A stretch of 64,000 nt of DNA from Octopus sinensis (lineage: Eukaryota): the NCBI RefSeq assembly GCF_006345805.1, contig NW_021836144.1, forward strand, positions 1 through 64,000. The letters are read 5' to 3'. Below, piece by piece: positions 27,334 to 42,699 of the stretch (positions are counted from its first letter, which is position 1; every line of letters begins with the position of its first letter). The notes under the pieces are model-generated. The model had not been told where the DNA came from and ran no database searches. It was given only the letters and a program-made list of their open reading frames with translations. The position numbers and the translations under genes are program-made.

Positions 27334-29069
27334 GTACAGATGATTAATTTATGATGATGGCAAACTCTTTCTTGCTCTTGGACACCTTAACTCAGAAACT
27401 TACATCTATCTCTTCCTTTTATTGAACAAATATTTAGAAAATAGCAATCTAACAGAAAATCAATTAGAGAAAATATCATTTATCAGTATTAATCAGGTGC
27501 CTTCATAAATACTTGCCTGCACATGCTCAATCACAAATTTGTCTGCACACACATACAACTAATATGGCAATGTAATATTCAAGAAACATAAATTGGAACT
27601 CATGCCTGCAGGTATTTAATCTGAATCTCTGTATTATATATGAAAATATGATTATCCACTATTACTTCATTGAAAGCTGACATAATGTATGATGTATTAT
27701 TATTCATGGCTGAAAACATGCAGACTTTGAATATTTAAAATAATCATAATTCTTAAAATATATGGGAGCAAATGGACAGTTTTTGTGTCTTTTTGTGAGA
27801 TGAAGCATGTTTATCTGTGAAAGATGTTATGCCACTGTGCAGTTAGCCAATTAATTAACAGCATCTCTGGCTGATTCATCATCCAAATGAATGAAAATAC
27901 AATTTGATGATAAATCAATTTCTTGTTGCTGCAGATTAAGCAAGACATGACTGAATGCTCAGATTTTAATATTTGAAAACATTCTGACGAAAATAAGTGC
28001 AGATAAAACTACATTTAAAAAAAAAAAATGCTAATTCCAGAGAATTCAAATTAAAAATTACAGTTATTGATAATAATGTGTGAAAAAAAATTGTTTAAAG
28101 TTTCAAGAAGTAAAAAATGACAATATTTTCAACAGAAAGATTTTTTCTTAACACAAATACTTTTTACAAAAGTTATAGCAAATTTTTTAGCTTGTTGTGT
28201 TTGCTCAAGCTTTATTCTTGTACAAATGAGTGTCTTTAGCAGAAAATCAATGCCAAATTAATTTTATTTTGAGACATTCAGAATTTATGATATGCAAAAG
28301 TGTTTTACATACTTGTATAATTATATTTTCAATTTATTTTGTATATTTTTTTAAGCTTCAAAAATTATTATACTGTTTGTTTTATTGATAATGTCTGAAA
28401 TGCAATTTTATAAATATATACCAAAGATTAGCAAGTAATCTGAAATATACATACGGTTTGAAATCACATGGTTTGAAATAACATACGTTCTTGCAAATGT
28501 TATTACATGAGGATAAAGTAATTTTTTCCCCTTCAGCATCTTTATTCACTTTTGTAAATGATACATATGAAATATATTTGTTAGATATAATGAAATATAA
28601 GAATCCAAATATTAATAACAAAGATTATTGTTTGATATTTTATATCTATACACTGCTAGATGTAAATAGCATCAGTAAAAATATGGAAGATTTTATGAGA
28701 AATAAATTAAGATTTTATTGTTGCAGTATGGAATACATTTGAAAAATTTCATATGCACAAATGTTAATACAGAATACTTGAAAATTATATGCGTGCATAT
28801 ATGCTGGCTTGACTAAGAATGAGATAAAAAATATATTAATATCAACAATTGCATTTTGATATATTTTAATAAGAAACAACTAGTAGAGATGATTTTTCAA
28901 AAATTATCTTCGATTTATAGATGTGATGCATATGAACAAAAGCATGTGCATATGTATACTAATGCATGTATGTGCACATGTATGTGTAGATTCTAATGCA
29001 TGTGTGTGAATGTGTGCTAAATCTAAATATACTTAAAAATATAGATTAATGATGAGTAAGAAAAATTAA

Positions 29070-29287
29070 TCCCTTACCATTCAGACTACCAGTCAAATGA
29101 GATGTTTATCTATTCACATTGTTTGGAATCAATTATGCATTGTCTCAGTTTTGACATTTTAATGATATGATTGTTTATTTTTTAGAATGACATTGTAGGA
29201 GAGGTGTGAGAAGCTAGATCTGACCAGTTTGAACATAAAATAGATAGAATATTTGGGCCAGATATGGCTTGTTTAAATGCACAAGGG
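29070..29287 (-). mobile_element. piggyBac-type MITE, older inverted copy
   Basis: TTAA flanks; reverse complement of the 37932 family (ggccagatatggcttgtttaaatgcacaaggg). Confidence 0.7.
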
Positions 29288-31522
29288 TTAATATTAGGAC
29301 TGGATAGCATAGAATTCTTGACTTTTTACTGATCAACATTTACAATGATTTAAAACATTTAAAGTGTGCTTTGAAATCTTGTTGCAATATAAATCTAGAA
29401 ATAGTAGTATTCAATGATGGGAAAATATTTCCAAATTCATATATCATTTGTAAAATTGCCAAAAAGACTTTCAGTATTGAAAAGCACTAAAGGACATAAA
29501 AGGAAAAAGTGTTAGAGGGTGTTTTCTTCGATGTCATTTTCTCATATAAATATTGTTTATCCTCATCTCTGTCTAGATCAAGAAGACTTAGTCTTTTTCT
29601 TGGAAATAGTGTATTCAAGGCCACATTATTCTATATGTTCATGTCTAAGATAACACAATGTAACTTGAGTGAAATTTGACAACTATTTTTACTATATTGA
29701 ATGAGTACATAAATAACCATCTAATCTATAAAGATGCCCGTCTGATAGGGTAGGAAAATGTTTTAAAGCTTACAAAGAGATTAGTTTGTAATGACAACAG
29801 TATGTTAGGTTTCAAAAATTTCCTTTTACTATTTCGAAAAAGGATTCAACTTTCAATAAAATTAAATAAGATATTGTAATACACACACAAGCACACATGC
29901 ATGTATGTATATGTGCGTGTATTCATACATCACCATGGCCATCTTTTAACATATGCTGGCTTGGATTAGATAGTTTGAAAGGATCTGATGTGTCAGAAGA
30001 TAGCATTGTGCTCTAACATCTGCTTTCACATACTTTCTATAGCTAGATACATTTCCTGATGCCAGCCACTTCACAGAGTAAACTTGACATATTTTTCAGG
30101 GTACCATCATTATGAGGTCACCGTGTATTTGACAAGACCAAATATTGCTTCAAATTAGTGAGAATACTATAGAAAGAATGGTGGCTTTATGCTTGGTAAT
30201 AAGTGGTTAAAGTATAAAAGAGTGGGCTGGAAAAGGTTTCTTGCTGTACAAGTGATACATGGCCACTTGCATTATACAAGAATAGGTGGGAGTAACTGGG
30301 CTGAAACTGAAAAGCAAGATGAAAATGGTGGTGATAAGGTGTCAGAGCAAAGCCTTAAGGTGAATAGAAAAGAGTAGGGACAGAAGGACATGAACAAATG
30401 CAAGCAGAGGTTGCAAAATTATATGTGAGGAGTGAGGAATGGTCAGAGATGGCATAGGGTAGAGGTGAATATAATAATGGAGGATGAAGAAGGGTCAAAG
30501 AGTGTTCAATAATAATTATGAGATGGAGCGGAATATAGAAAGAATTGAAGTGCAGCACAGAAAGGGATGAAAAGCAGCAGAATGAAATTGTAAACAGAGA
30601 AAGATGATAAAAAGGGGAATAATGCATGATTGGGTATGTTGCAAGATTGTATAGAGAGAGACAACCATAGAGTGTGGGGAGAATGAGATGAATGGTAACA
30701 GGGGTAAGTCAGCAGGAAGTGGAAGAAGAAGAGTTAATTCATTGTACAGATGGGTGATCAATGTAAAATGGGGGTGGAGATGAACAATGTTGAAAATGAA
30801 GTATGGATGTCAAGTGAAGTGTTCCCAGGTAAAAAAAGATAGCTGTTATCACAAAAAAAATATGATGATAAAATCTTTTAGTTCTGTTCTCATTTAATTA
30901 CTGAAGCAGCATACTGCAGGTAGGTAAGTGGTGGGGGTATCATCGAGAGATGAGAGAGTGGTGAGGAAGGTGTGATGAGCAAATTTGGTGGAGATCACAC
31001 TTGTGTTTGTACACGTCCGGCTTCAAAAACTTCAGTTTTACCATGATGGGTGAGATTTTTCAAACACTGCCTATCACCAGGTGTTTTATTCCTTTATCAT
31101 CTCCTCCATAAGGTTCAAATTCCTGAGATTGTGTGTGTATGCAAGCATACACATATTCATGAAAACACTGTTGTGCTGATGGTATGATAAAATGCACCCA
31201 GTTGACATTAAGACACACATAACAACAAAGCTGGCTAATTTTGCTGATAACTACATCGCAATGAGTTACAAAATCGGCCTATCTCCTGCCAACAAGGAAA
31301 AATGGTCATAAAAAAGATAACAGTATGGGCGTGGAGGGTGCATATTTTGCCAATATATATCGACACAGGATATAAAAAGTGGCAAGAAAATTGTAATAAA
31401 TAAGTCAGTGTTTAATGAATGTAGTCCCTTGCACTGGGTTAGACACTCCCTTACCATATTCAGCATCAGAAATATAGTGAACTATTGGAAAACTCTTACT
31501 GAAGTTGGTCAATTTTCATAAA

Positions 31523-32054
31523 TCTATATATATAAAACTGTAGTTGTGTGAGTGTCTGTCCCCTTCGATTTAGATTCCTAACTACTCCCACATTTTGCGG
31601 TGCAGTTTAACCAAATTCGGGTATCTTATAGTCGTGATTCATATCGAGCCTGTCTCGCTATTAGCGCGCGTCTACGATGAGTCTACGATTTTAAAAATAA
31701 TTTAACATCATTTTTTATTCCATTTTAATGCATAATTTTTCGTGTGTCGATGGCGGCGGAGTTGGCGTCCAAGGTCACACCTGCACCTGTTTGCCTCTCC
31801 ACCTTCTTCCCTCCCTCGTGAAGCTGCGGGGAAGGGAGTGTAATGAAATCAACGTCGTAAAGCGTTGTCAAGGAGACCAGCATTCCTTTAGAACAATGAC
31901 TTCATGGCTTGAAGACACTGAGTCAACGACTTAAAAAAAAAATTACCATAATTTTTTATTCTCTTTTTAATGCATTCTTTTGCTATAACTCTCTAAAAAT
32001 GCTTATATAGTTATTTCCCTTACAAACCCGAGCAACGCCGGGCGATACTGCTAG
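31523..32054 (+). mobile_element. Non-autonomous Helitron (young)
   Basis: A|TC start, subterminal hairpin cccgagcaacgccggg and CTAG|T end; CpG-rich. Confidence 0.85.
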
Positions 32055-32584
32055 TTTTGATATAAAATGAAAAAAAAATCATCATTATTACTTAGTTTTG
32101 TGGACTTAAAAAGTGATGTATACATAGCTCTGAAAGACTTCTGTGTTCCATCCTATGCCAATGCAAAAAACAAAAAACACAGAAGAGTCAGCTTCTATAC
32201 TCTGATCTGATCATAGGTTCAAATTGATATCATTAACTAATGGAGTATGATCATCTTGTGAATTACTGAAATTTTTCAAGAACGGAAGAGTAATTAATTA
32301 AAATTTTCAATCAATAGAATAATATTTAGTCTGTGTGCAACCAATTGAATTGATGAAAAAAAAAACAAAAAAAAACAAAAAAAAAATTAATTTTTTCCTA
32401 AAATTCAACTTGAAAGTCTGTCAAGCCACCTGAATTCTAATGAACTGTTTATCAAGAAATTCCTAATATCTTCTTTGGAAAATGATGTGTCTATCTACAC
32501 ACACACATATATATATACACACACACACAAACATATATATATCATCATCGTTTAATGTCCGCTTTCCATGCTAGCATGGGTTGG

Positions 32585-32643
<59 letters not shown>

Positions 32644-33714
32644 TATAATTATATATGTATACACACTCATTTATGTGTGCTTATGTATATAGAAACATAC
32701 ACACATGTATGCATATACATAGATATTTACTTATAGAAAGTTTCTCATACACATAATCATATGTTCACACATGATAATGCTGATTAAGGGGAAGAAAAAT
32801 AAGGAAAAAAAATGAAATAATGTCTTCTTATTCTGAATTGAACTTCAGGGAAGAATAATCTTGTTAACTTCATCATCATATAATATTTATGTGGAAAAAT
32901 TCCAGCTACATTGCTAAATAGAATTATTTTAGGATTAGTTTAATCTATTCACTGACGGGTATTTACTTTCTTGAATGACCTTCGTTTCCTGGTATTTTAT
33001 TTGAGTTCAAATGATTTGTGCTTTCTTTTACTGTATTATTAATTCCCTATAAACTCTGACCTATTGAGGCTTTCCATTTTCTTACTGGAATTATTAGAAT
33101 TGTAACAAAAAGATATAAATCTACTTAATATACAAAATATCTGAGTTGACTTTTCTTTCTATTTCATTTTAAGTATACTTCCAAATGACACTCGCCAGAA
33201 TTGTTTATATGTTTTTTTTTTGGTTTAAGAAACAAAAAACGAAACCTCATGTCCAATTTATAGTACTTCCAAAAATCTTAGTAGGATAAGATATGATTTC
33301 ATTGAATATTTTGTTGTTTACTTTATTACTGAAGAATTCATACATGAAGCTACAAATCCTACAATATTGCATGTGAGAAGATATTATGATGGCAGAGTTG
33401 AATAACTACATTTCATTTTACTTGCTTTGTGAATTCTTTTTAGTTTTCATAACCACCAACCATTTTAATACCCACTTTTCTATGCTTGCATAGGTTACAC
33501 AGAGTTCACTGAAGCAGATTTCCTACAGTCATATATCTTTCCTCTCTCACCAATTTGCACCTATTTCCAAGCAAGGTAATATTTTCCCATGGTCAGACAT
33601 ATTTCCATGGTAGATTAGAAATAAATGACACTCATTTACAACTAACATGTAATGTCACAAGAAAACAGAAATACACACACCCATGTACATACTTATTTAT
33701 TTTTATACACACAC

Positions 33715-33868
33715 CGTTACTTAGCGGTTCAGCAAACAGAGACCGATAGAATAAGTACTGGGCTTACAAAGAATAAGTCCCGGGGTCGAGTTGCTCGATT
33801 AAAGGCGGTGCTCCAGCATGGCAGCAGTCAAATGACTGAAACAAGTAAAAGAGTAAGAGTAAAAGAGT
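33715..33868 (+). mobile_element. SINE family A, young 3' half
   Basis: Near-identical to the family A 3' domain at 13295-13442. Confidence 0.85.
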
Positions 33869-36800
33869 AACACCAGGCTTATTTCAATTTTCAGCTACCA
33901 AATCCACTCATGAGCCTTTGGTCAACCCAGAATTATTGTAGAAAATATTTGATCTAAGTGCCATGCAGTGTGGCTGGTAAGCAAGCTTCTTAATCACACA
34001 GTTATGTCTGTGTCACGGCTTTATGTAAATCTACATTTATTTAATTTATCTATTTTAGTAGAGAAAAGATTGATTACTGGTTCCAGTATTTGAACTAGAA
34101 AATCATAACCTGATGAGTTGATACAGTTTTTCATAGTTTCATCTCTACAACTGTCTAATCACCTTTATTGCCAAACCAAGAGATTTATTTTCATATTGTG
34201 GTTTGCATTAAAAATGTAGCTAATTTCATTACATCTGTTTCTGACATATGTTGAGGTATTTTGCTCACTACAATGGACATTTTATAAAATTGATATTTTA
34301 AATTTCATAATTTATGTTATTTTCTTTAAACTTAACAGGGTTAATATTGAGATAACTTGTAAGACTGAGCACTTTTCTTGACAGTGAGAACATAATTCTC
34401 TACATTTCTAAATTTATAAAATTCACTTCATGGCTTTACCAGAATTATGAAGGAAAATGTCAATGGAGAAATTCCATTTAAAAAAGAGAGTTTGCTAAAA
34501 AAAAAAAAAAAATCAATGTTACTTTCTCCCTTTTTCAAAACACACTTCAATGAATTTCTTTCTTTCAAATGTTTTAATAACCAACTCTATAAATTTAGCT
34601 TATTGAAAATTTAATATGGATGGCTTTCTATAACTCTAGATTATTTAATAATTTAGTACCTTTATAAATTAATAAGATCACTTAGATATAAATTTACTAA
34701 ATGCAGAAAATTGAGATCAAGCAGAATTATGTTTAAAAACTGGGTGACATAATGTTTGTGCTGCAGTTTTGAGTTAAGCCAACTTTTAAAACAACCATTC
34801 TAATTAAGATTAATCAAATATTTCTCCTCTCAAACTAACTTGTTATTAAGAAAACATCTAGCATTATGTATGTATATATATATATATATATATATGGATG
34901 GATGTATGTGTGCATTTGTGCATTTGTGCATATACATGCACAAAAGGGTGTGTGTGTGTTTGTATATACATGTCCAACATTTCATTTCTTTGCTTTCACA
35001 TCAGCATTTAACAAGATGCTTTCTACATGCACTTGATTGCAGATTACAAGCTCACTTATTGTATTCTCTTCTCTAAGTTGCATAAAAACGCTTTTTTAAG
35101 AGTTTCCATAACTGAAGTTTATATTCTACCTATTCTTTGCAGTGCATCTTAACATATTTTTGCTGGTAAGCTGATGATAATACAAATGTATAACTTCCAT
35201 TTTAATTAAAATTGCACGATTTCACAAAAAACATTTTATAGCATTTAAGACTTATTCACTATACATCAAGATAAAAGCAGTTCCATGTTGCCATATTGCA
35301 AAAAATTAAGAATATATATAACTTAATCTGCTGCATTCACTTCATTTACAGAAGTCCCTCTAGTGGTCAACCTGAGACCAAAATTTAAAAAATTTGCTTT
35401 ACTATTTGATCAAGACTCTTTTGTTTATGAAATGCAAGTGACAGCTGGTACACAGCAGTCAATCAATCCTATGTTAAGCATGTCATGCACAAGGATTCCA
35501 AACCAATTGGTACTGTTAGGTACAGTTCATCTGGCAAGCTTCCACTCAATTTATCTCCCCAATTTCACTCAGAAGGCATGAAGTAACTCAATGTTATGAT
35601 AAAACACACTTTGCCAAAATGCAATGCTGTGAGATCAAACCTCGCTCCTTGTAACTATGAATCAAACTTCTTAACTACTTGGCTGTGACTGTGTACAATA
35701 CTAAGCATACAACACTATGGAATTAAACTTCACTAATAAATAGAGGACTATAGTGGAAACTCTAAAAAAATTGAAGCAAAACAGTACACACAGAGATTGC
35801 AGCAAATCCAATAAATAAACTTAGCATTGATAGAAATTAAAATAGTTAACAATATTTGTCTCTTAAAATGAGCTTAACTGCCCTTTAATTTATAATTTTA
35901 TCCATATCATTCTTTTCATAAATTATTTGATTTTTCTATGTTTTTTACAGTAAAGGAATAAATTATTGTTTAATTGGATTTAAAAATTTGCAAGAATTAT
36001 CATAGTGGCATACTGTTATTGTTGTTTTAGCTGAAGTTACTGCAAACTTGATATTCAGAATTATGTTTATTTTCTACGAAGTAACATACATCTTCTCTAT
36101 AGCACTACTTAAATGAATCTTTCAAATTTGAGTGATAATATCAACTTTACTGCTTGTCTGTAAGTGTTTACTGCTCCAGTGTTGAATTGATTGAATTCTT
36201 TGCTTCTTGTTTCATATGTGTTGTGTGTATTATAAAAATATTTATCTGACTAAGCATACACATAAATTTCACTTCATAACCTCATGGTTCTAGGTTCGAT
36301 CTGAATGTGTAGGATCTTTGGTAAAAGTTTGGATTACCATAGTAGTGCTTCAGTATGGCCACAGTCATAATATTGTAACTAGTAAAAGAAAAAAGTATCA
36401 GACATACTTTGATTTTACAAATTTGGAGCCAAGTTACCAAAGCGATTTGGCCTTTGAGAAATCATCATAAAAATAAGCTAGCATAAAGAACTTCTCATTT
36501 ATGAAGACTTGCTGGGAACCTTTGAGTTATAATGCTGAATAGAAGCGAACATGCAGTTGAAATAAGCTATTATCTACGTATGATTAGTTCAGTTATGTCC
36601 GTAGTTATTAAGAGTGATGAAATTGAGCAACAAGCATAATGATGATGGCGAGGAAGAATGGAAGATGAATAATGTTAATAATAACAAGACAAAGAACAAC
36701 AAAAACAAGAAAAAAGAGCTAACGAAGTTGATGATGAAGACAAGATATTGATGAAGAAGAAAAGTCAAGAAGAAACTATTATCAATTGGCTAGTAATCCA

Positions 36801-37931
36801 TTCAGTAGCATGCAACACTGACATAAAATGCTCAAGGCTATTACAGCATGCTGTGTAATGAAGAATACAGTTTAATTTAAATTTGAAATGTCCACTTTAC
36901 AAAGATAACAAAGATGTCGGCTGGAGGAAGTACATCTCATACATCTAAATATCAAAACATTTCTAGATAACATTAATGCCAGAGGATAGTAGAAAGGTTG
37001 TACTGTCATAAGCCATTGAAATATTTATTATTAAAGCCAAGGCTACATGGCCAGAATCACCTACATTAGGATTATCCTAACATATGACTGTACACTCTGT
37101 TCCATGCCTGTACTTTGCACACACAAGAGCATTAGATGTGTATGTGCATATATATATATGTAATAAGTATGTGTGTGCAATTATTTAAATTTGAGTGCAT
37201 AATTGGGTGGGGGTGTATATTATATTATATAATATGTACTAGTTGTAAAAAAGTAAAACTTAAATCAGAAATTGATCAAAATGTAAAATCTTTATATGTT
37301 CAGATATAATTCGTCCAGCTACTAGAAGGTATTTAAGCATAAGATCTTTATGGGATCTTAAAGAAAATTACCATAAATATTCAATCCTGAAATCTAAGGA
37401 GGAAAAATGTTGTCTAAGATTAATGCTTTCCAGAAGCAAATACAGCCAATTTCCCAACAGGTATAGCATAATGGAAGGTCATCAGGTTCTCTTTTAGTGG
37501 ATAGCTTAACATATGTTCTTGACGTTGTCAATGAAATCAATTTGAATAGATGAACACTTGCAATATGTATATTTTAACTTAAGCATTATGGGAATAAAAT
37601 ACTGATTTCCAGCGTAAGTATACACATATACACGTAATTAAATGAATGTATGCATATACATAAATAAATACAGGTTTAAATGACAAAAAAAGAAATAAAA
37701 AGTGTATTTGATGAAGCAAATGCTTGAGGAAAGTGGAGAAAAGGTGTATGCTTAAGAGTGAAGAAGTTAAGTGAAATGTGTATATAGAAATGGATAGATA
37801 GATAGAAAGGAGGGACAAATAAATATTACTTGTAAATAAAAAAATACAGCTTCAAATAAGTGTTTAAATAAATGAAGGAAGCAAAAATACATCACAAGTG
37901 AATTGAGAAAATAAAAAGAGAATGTGTTTAA

Positions 37932-38152
37932 CCCTTTAGCATTTAAACCGGCCATATCCGGCCAAAAGTATTCTGCCTGTTTTATGTTCAAACTGGCCAG
38001 ATCTGGTCTCTCACACCAACCCTACAATATCGTTTTAAAAATTAACAGCTACCTCATCAGAATCTCATAGCTACAAGATAATGCCTGATTAGTTCAAGGC
38101 AATGTGGATAAAAAAGGATTAATTTTGGCAGAATAATGTGAACACTAAAGGG
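37932..38152 (+). mobile_element. piggyBac-type MITE
   Basis: TTAA on both sides (37928-31, 38153-56); terminal inverted repeats CCCTTTAG...CTAAAGGG; homologous copies elsewhere in the window. Confidence 0.85.
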
Positions 38153-38930
38153 TTAAACAAGATTATAAACACATTGATGGTAATGATAGCAAGAATGGTT
38201 AGTAATTTGCATATTTCCAGAGAACTGAGCCAAGAAACTTAAAAGCAATAAAAGAACTTCAATAAAGAGATTGTCTGAAAGTATTTCAAAGCATCTTTTT
38301 AGATGTGGTTCCCATGTTAGAATCCTTTTACTTAAATAGATTGGTTCTTTTATTCATCAAATTCAATTCCATTTTTAACTTTCAATTAAACATCACTGCT
38401 TTGCATGTTTACATACATACACATGCTCTCCTGTTGATATCTAAATATCAATGACAGTCTTGTTTTTGAGTATGAAAGTGAGTATTTCTGCCAACCAAAT
38501 GACCACCAACTTGTGACCAGATTTTATCAATGACCAGCTTTTGTTTTTATTAGGAAACAAGACAAGAGAACAGTTATAAATGCTAACTCTTCTGCCAGCA
38601 AAGAATGTACCAGCCAATGTCAAATTAGTATTTAGTGACTTTGGAATAAGGGTTTGATGGATTCAGAGACAAAAGAGAATTTGGAGAGGTAAGATATGAA
38701 AGAGCCTTTGATTGGCTTAGATTCAGAGAAATTCTACTTGGTACTTATTACAAAAAAACTGAGCATAAAAGAAGACTGGAATTTTCTTCAAAGAAACTTG
38801 CCAAGAACTACAGATCATGTTTGTGGCTAGTGCAAGGTCCCAATTGTGTTTATACAATGAAAATGTCACATGTGCTCTTATTAATGCCAAAAAGACAGAG
38901 GTATGGAAGTGCTGCTTTGAGAGGTTATTA

Positions 38931-38933
<3 letters not shown>

Positions 38934-38977
<44 letters not shown>
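38934..38977. repeat. (AG)n microsatellite; other SSRs include (TG)(AG) 12358-12390, (TA)n 26173-26268, 52057-52088 and 57197-57234, (AC)n 54985-55010 and (TTA)n 62846-62869
   Basis: Direct reading. Confidence 0.95.
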
Positions 38978-38979
<2 letters not shown>

Positions 38980-41900
38980 GAAGTAGACCTAACAAAGGGA
39001 TCAACCATCCAATTTGACAGCAACATGGTGGATACAATTAAGATAGGAAAGCAGGGAAAGCAGCTGGCCCTTTGGGGATAGTTGTTACTGACTAAGTGGT
39101 TAAGTGAGTGAACAAGTTGAAGAATATAATGAAATTGAGATAAATTTCAGATTCTCTATAGCAGTAAGAAAAAAAAATATTTTGAAAACATTCAGGAAAT
39201 ATCAAGAAAACAGATAGAACATAAAGATACAAAAGTTTAAATAAGATGAAAACTAAATGAATAAATGAAAACAAATTGAACATTCAAATGAAAAATATAA
39301 GAATAAGACAATGGTCTTTGTTGATAATAAAGGAACTGAAGAGTTGAGAAGGTTAATTAGAATAAAAAAAAAAATGTGACAAGCAAGCTAGGAATAAATG
39401 AATGGTTATGTTACATGCTGAGAATAAATTAAACCAGTGATAAACTCTAATGATATCAGTGAATGACTAGAAAGAAATTTTAAAGGGGAAAGATGATTAA
39501 AGTTATGAACTTGTTGCAAGTGGTAAATGTGATGATGAATGTAGAGGTGTTGATAAAACAAAGTGAAAAAAATTTTTTTAAAGAATCAAAATAAGAAATA
39601 GCCATTGACTCTTATAGCTGGAAAATGAAGCAGTTGAGATAATGAAATCTGGATTTAAGAATAGCAGCTTAAGCTTTTGAAGACATGTGGCTCATAAATA
39701 CACTATTTAAGGCTTATTTAATTTGCCATTTCAAACAGCATCACATGAGTCAGCAAAAGAAATCTGTTTAGTCTGATACGAACAGCAGCTAAATTTCCTT
39801 CAAATCTCAGGCACATTTACTGCACAACACACATTCATATATAATGCACAGCTTAAATTACAGGCAGTAAAAATCTCAGAAAGAATATCTCTCATACACA
39901 TCAACTTTTCTTTAGCATGATAATGTACAGGAAAAGGAGTGGTTAGTCACATTTGTTATAATTGCTGTATAAAATACATAGGAAAAGAAATAATTCATAC
40001 ATTCTAAACAAACCAAAAAAAGCAATATTAAAAATATCCTTTGAACTGTGCTGGCATGTCTCTAAAAAAGTGCACTAGCAGTAAGGTCAACAATGTAAAG
40101 AATCAGACAGTTATGATTTTCATTTAGAAAATCTAATTTTGAGAACGATAGTTTACTTAAATAAGCTTATACTCAAATTTACTATTCACTTCATAGAGTG
40201 AGGCACAAATTGTGTTGTCATAGAACAAAGTGTTTATTGCTTAAATGTGAACTTTCTAAAACCAAACTTTTTAAAGTTTACAATCTTTTTAAAGTTGATC
40301 TTCAGATTTTTATGCTTTAAACATCAGACACTCAGAATCTAATATATAGCGTTTGATTTTGTATGAAATATATATTGTTTGATATAATTTCATAATCATT
40401 TAATATGCAAGAGGAAGTGCCGATGGCATGGATTTGTTTGCAGCAGATCTGAAGAAAGACCTTCTTCAGAGGCATGTGTAGAATAAAAGAGGCAGAGTCA
40501 GGTGCTGAAATTTCAGTAGGCTGTGGATGACTCAGTTGTGGTCTTGAGCTGCACCTTCTTAGTCAGTTTTGTCTTGCATTGTCATCATCCACTAGATGGA
40601 ATGTCATTGACATCAACTCTTGTCTTCTGCATCAGTTTACCCCTTTACTGGGGTCTTGAAAGTGTTTGCTAATTTTCATTCTGGGTTCTCTTTTTTTATT
40701 TTACCACCAAGGAGGTCCTATCATGAGTACTAGACTATTACACTCTTCTTCCCTATGACAGGGAAAGACCATCACTGAGCACTTAATAATATAATTAATA
40801 TCCAGTTTAATATACAATCTACATAGTAGATATTTTCTTTTACTTTATTAGATGGTATATGTATATTGTCATTGACATAGCTAATTAGAAAGCAGTCGAT
40901 GCTCTCATACACAGTCATCTTACAAGAAAATTTCATTTTCTTTTCTTCCTATGAATCATACATTTTTGTTAATATTCAAGCAGCTATGCATTTAATAGTG
41001 ATTGTATTCAACTTATAATTGCAATGAAATAATATATTTTTATAACAAGATGAAATATTTTGTGAATTTTCAAAAATCCTCATACATTATTTCATTTCAA
41101 TGATATCCTTTCCAGTTTCTTCCAAATTCATATTCATCTAGAAAAACACTGATCTAAGGATCTTCAAGATGGGTATTAAGTTACATGTTTGTTAACAGAC
41201 CAAAAAAGGGTGCAAAACTCATAATCAAGAACACTACCCTGTTCTTTATTAGATTATTTTATAAAATGCAATATTGAGCATAAGTGCACTTGACAAAACA
41301 CGAATGGTGTTTCAGCTGAGAAAATCTTCCAGAGAACTAATGTTTTGTAGCTATCATCCTACATAAAAAAATAAATAAATAAAAATTCTAATTCCCTCAC
41401 CATACTGAAAACTTCACATCCTATGATTCTGGGTTATGGATTTGTGCTTGTACATGGTTTTCCATTGAACAGGCAATTTCAAAGACAACCTATATGCTTA
41501 AGCATAGTTTAGACATTAATTTATTTTTGTAACAATACGAACAAAAGAACTTATTAATTTTTCTATGCATCTTAAAAAAATTGCTCAACTGAATCACAAG
41601 GTAGGAGATAATTTGGTTTCGTCCAACTGTAATTATATTCCAGTTATTCTCAATAGGTAATAAATGAATATAATATTAAAACCTACTTAAGAAGCCTGAC
41701 CCTACTGTCACTGTTTTACAGAAGACATATAATAAAACTGGTCCATTTTATTATGCATCATGTTTATATATTGTTGTTCAATAAAATGCAAGTTTCCATA
41801 GCATAGTATATCTCTTATTCTTTAATTACAGTGTAAGCATACACTTTATCTCCATATCCATTTTGCATCAGGTTTATCACGTTCCAAATTATTACAATCT

Positions 41901-42699
41901 AGTCATATTCCGCTACAATGTCTCTTCTATGTTTGCCCAACAGACATCTTGTTGATACTTTGATAAACTAACTACCAATTCCTATTGATATATTTCCTGA
42001 CTAAAATGAGTCAATCAAACGGAAGGGCTCTTGTAATGATCAGGTTTGTATTTCTGAAAACCTATCCAAAAACCAACATTCATATTGTAGACAGTCCGAC
42101 TAAACTGTTGATTACATATAGGCTGACCAAAACTTTAAATGCAGTCTTTATCAATTTAGTAATGTGAGATTTAAAAATACAAAAATACAACCAAATAAAA
42201 GTAATTCTTCATAAACTTGCTTTTCTTTCATCAACTCAAATACTCTCAGAACTACTAGATATCACTAACAACAGATAAATACCATGTCATTCTGTATGCT
42301 CAGAAGGTTCAACATCATTCTTCAGTGAGGATTGGGTAATGTTCTAAGATAATTTGAAAGTACGTGTCTTGATATGAATAATGCATCTATAATATGAGAT
42401 CTTTTCTTGATCTGAATCTTAAGAGCTGTGATTTATGAGCTTTCTGTTGTTCATGATCAGTGTTCTTTTTTCTGACAAGTTAAGCTATGTCACAGTCAAA
42501 TATTTTGCATGACAATCTAAGACAATTGAGGTAAAGTTTATTCTGGAGAGACAATACAAACCACAAACTTGTAAACTAAGAATGAAAGTATTCACATTCC
42601 TTAACATACATACACATAGTTAATACAAGCCATCTATCATTACAAAGTTCAACAGGAACACACAATGGAGTATTGTTCCTACATATGAGATGGTACTAC

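Noticed and set aside
27840-27960. Cluster of TAAT/TGATTTAT homeodomain-like sites as a possible enhancer
   Set aside because: Such motifs are expected by chance at this AT content, and no conservation data are available.
38441-38623. ORF containing GHKLVVIWLAEILTF, superficially like the missing Ig C strand
   Set aside because: No credible acceptor before the VVIW, a stop follows within about 15 codons, and there is no D-x-G-x-Y-x-C motif.
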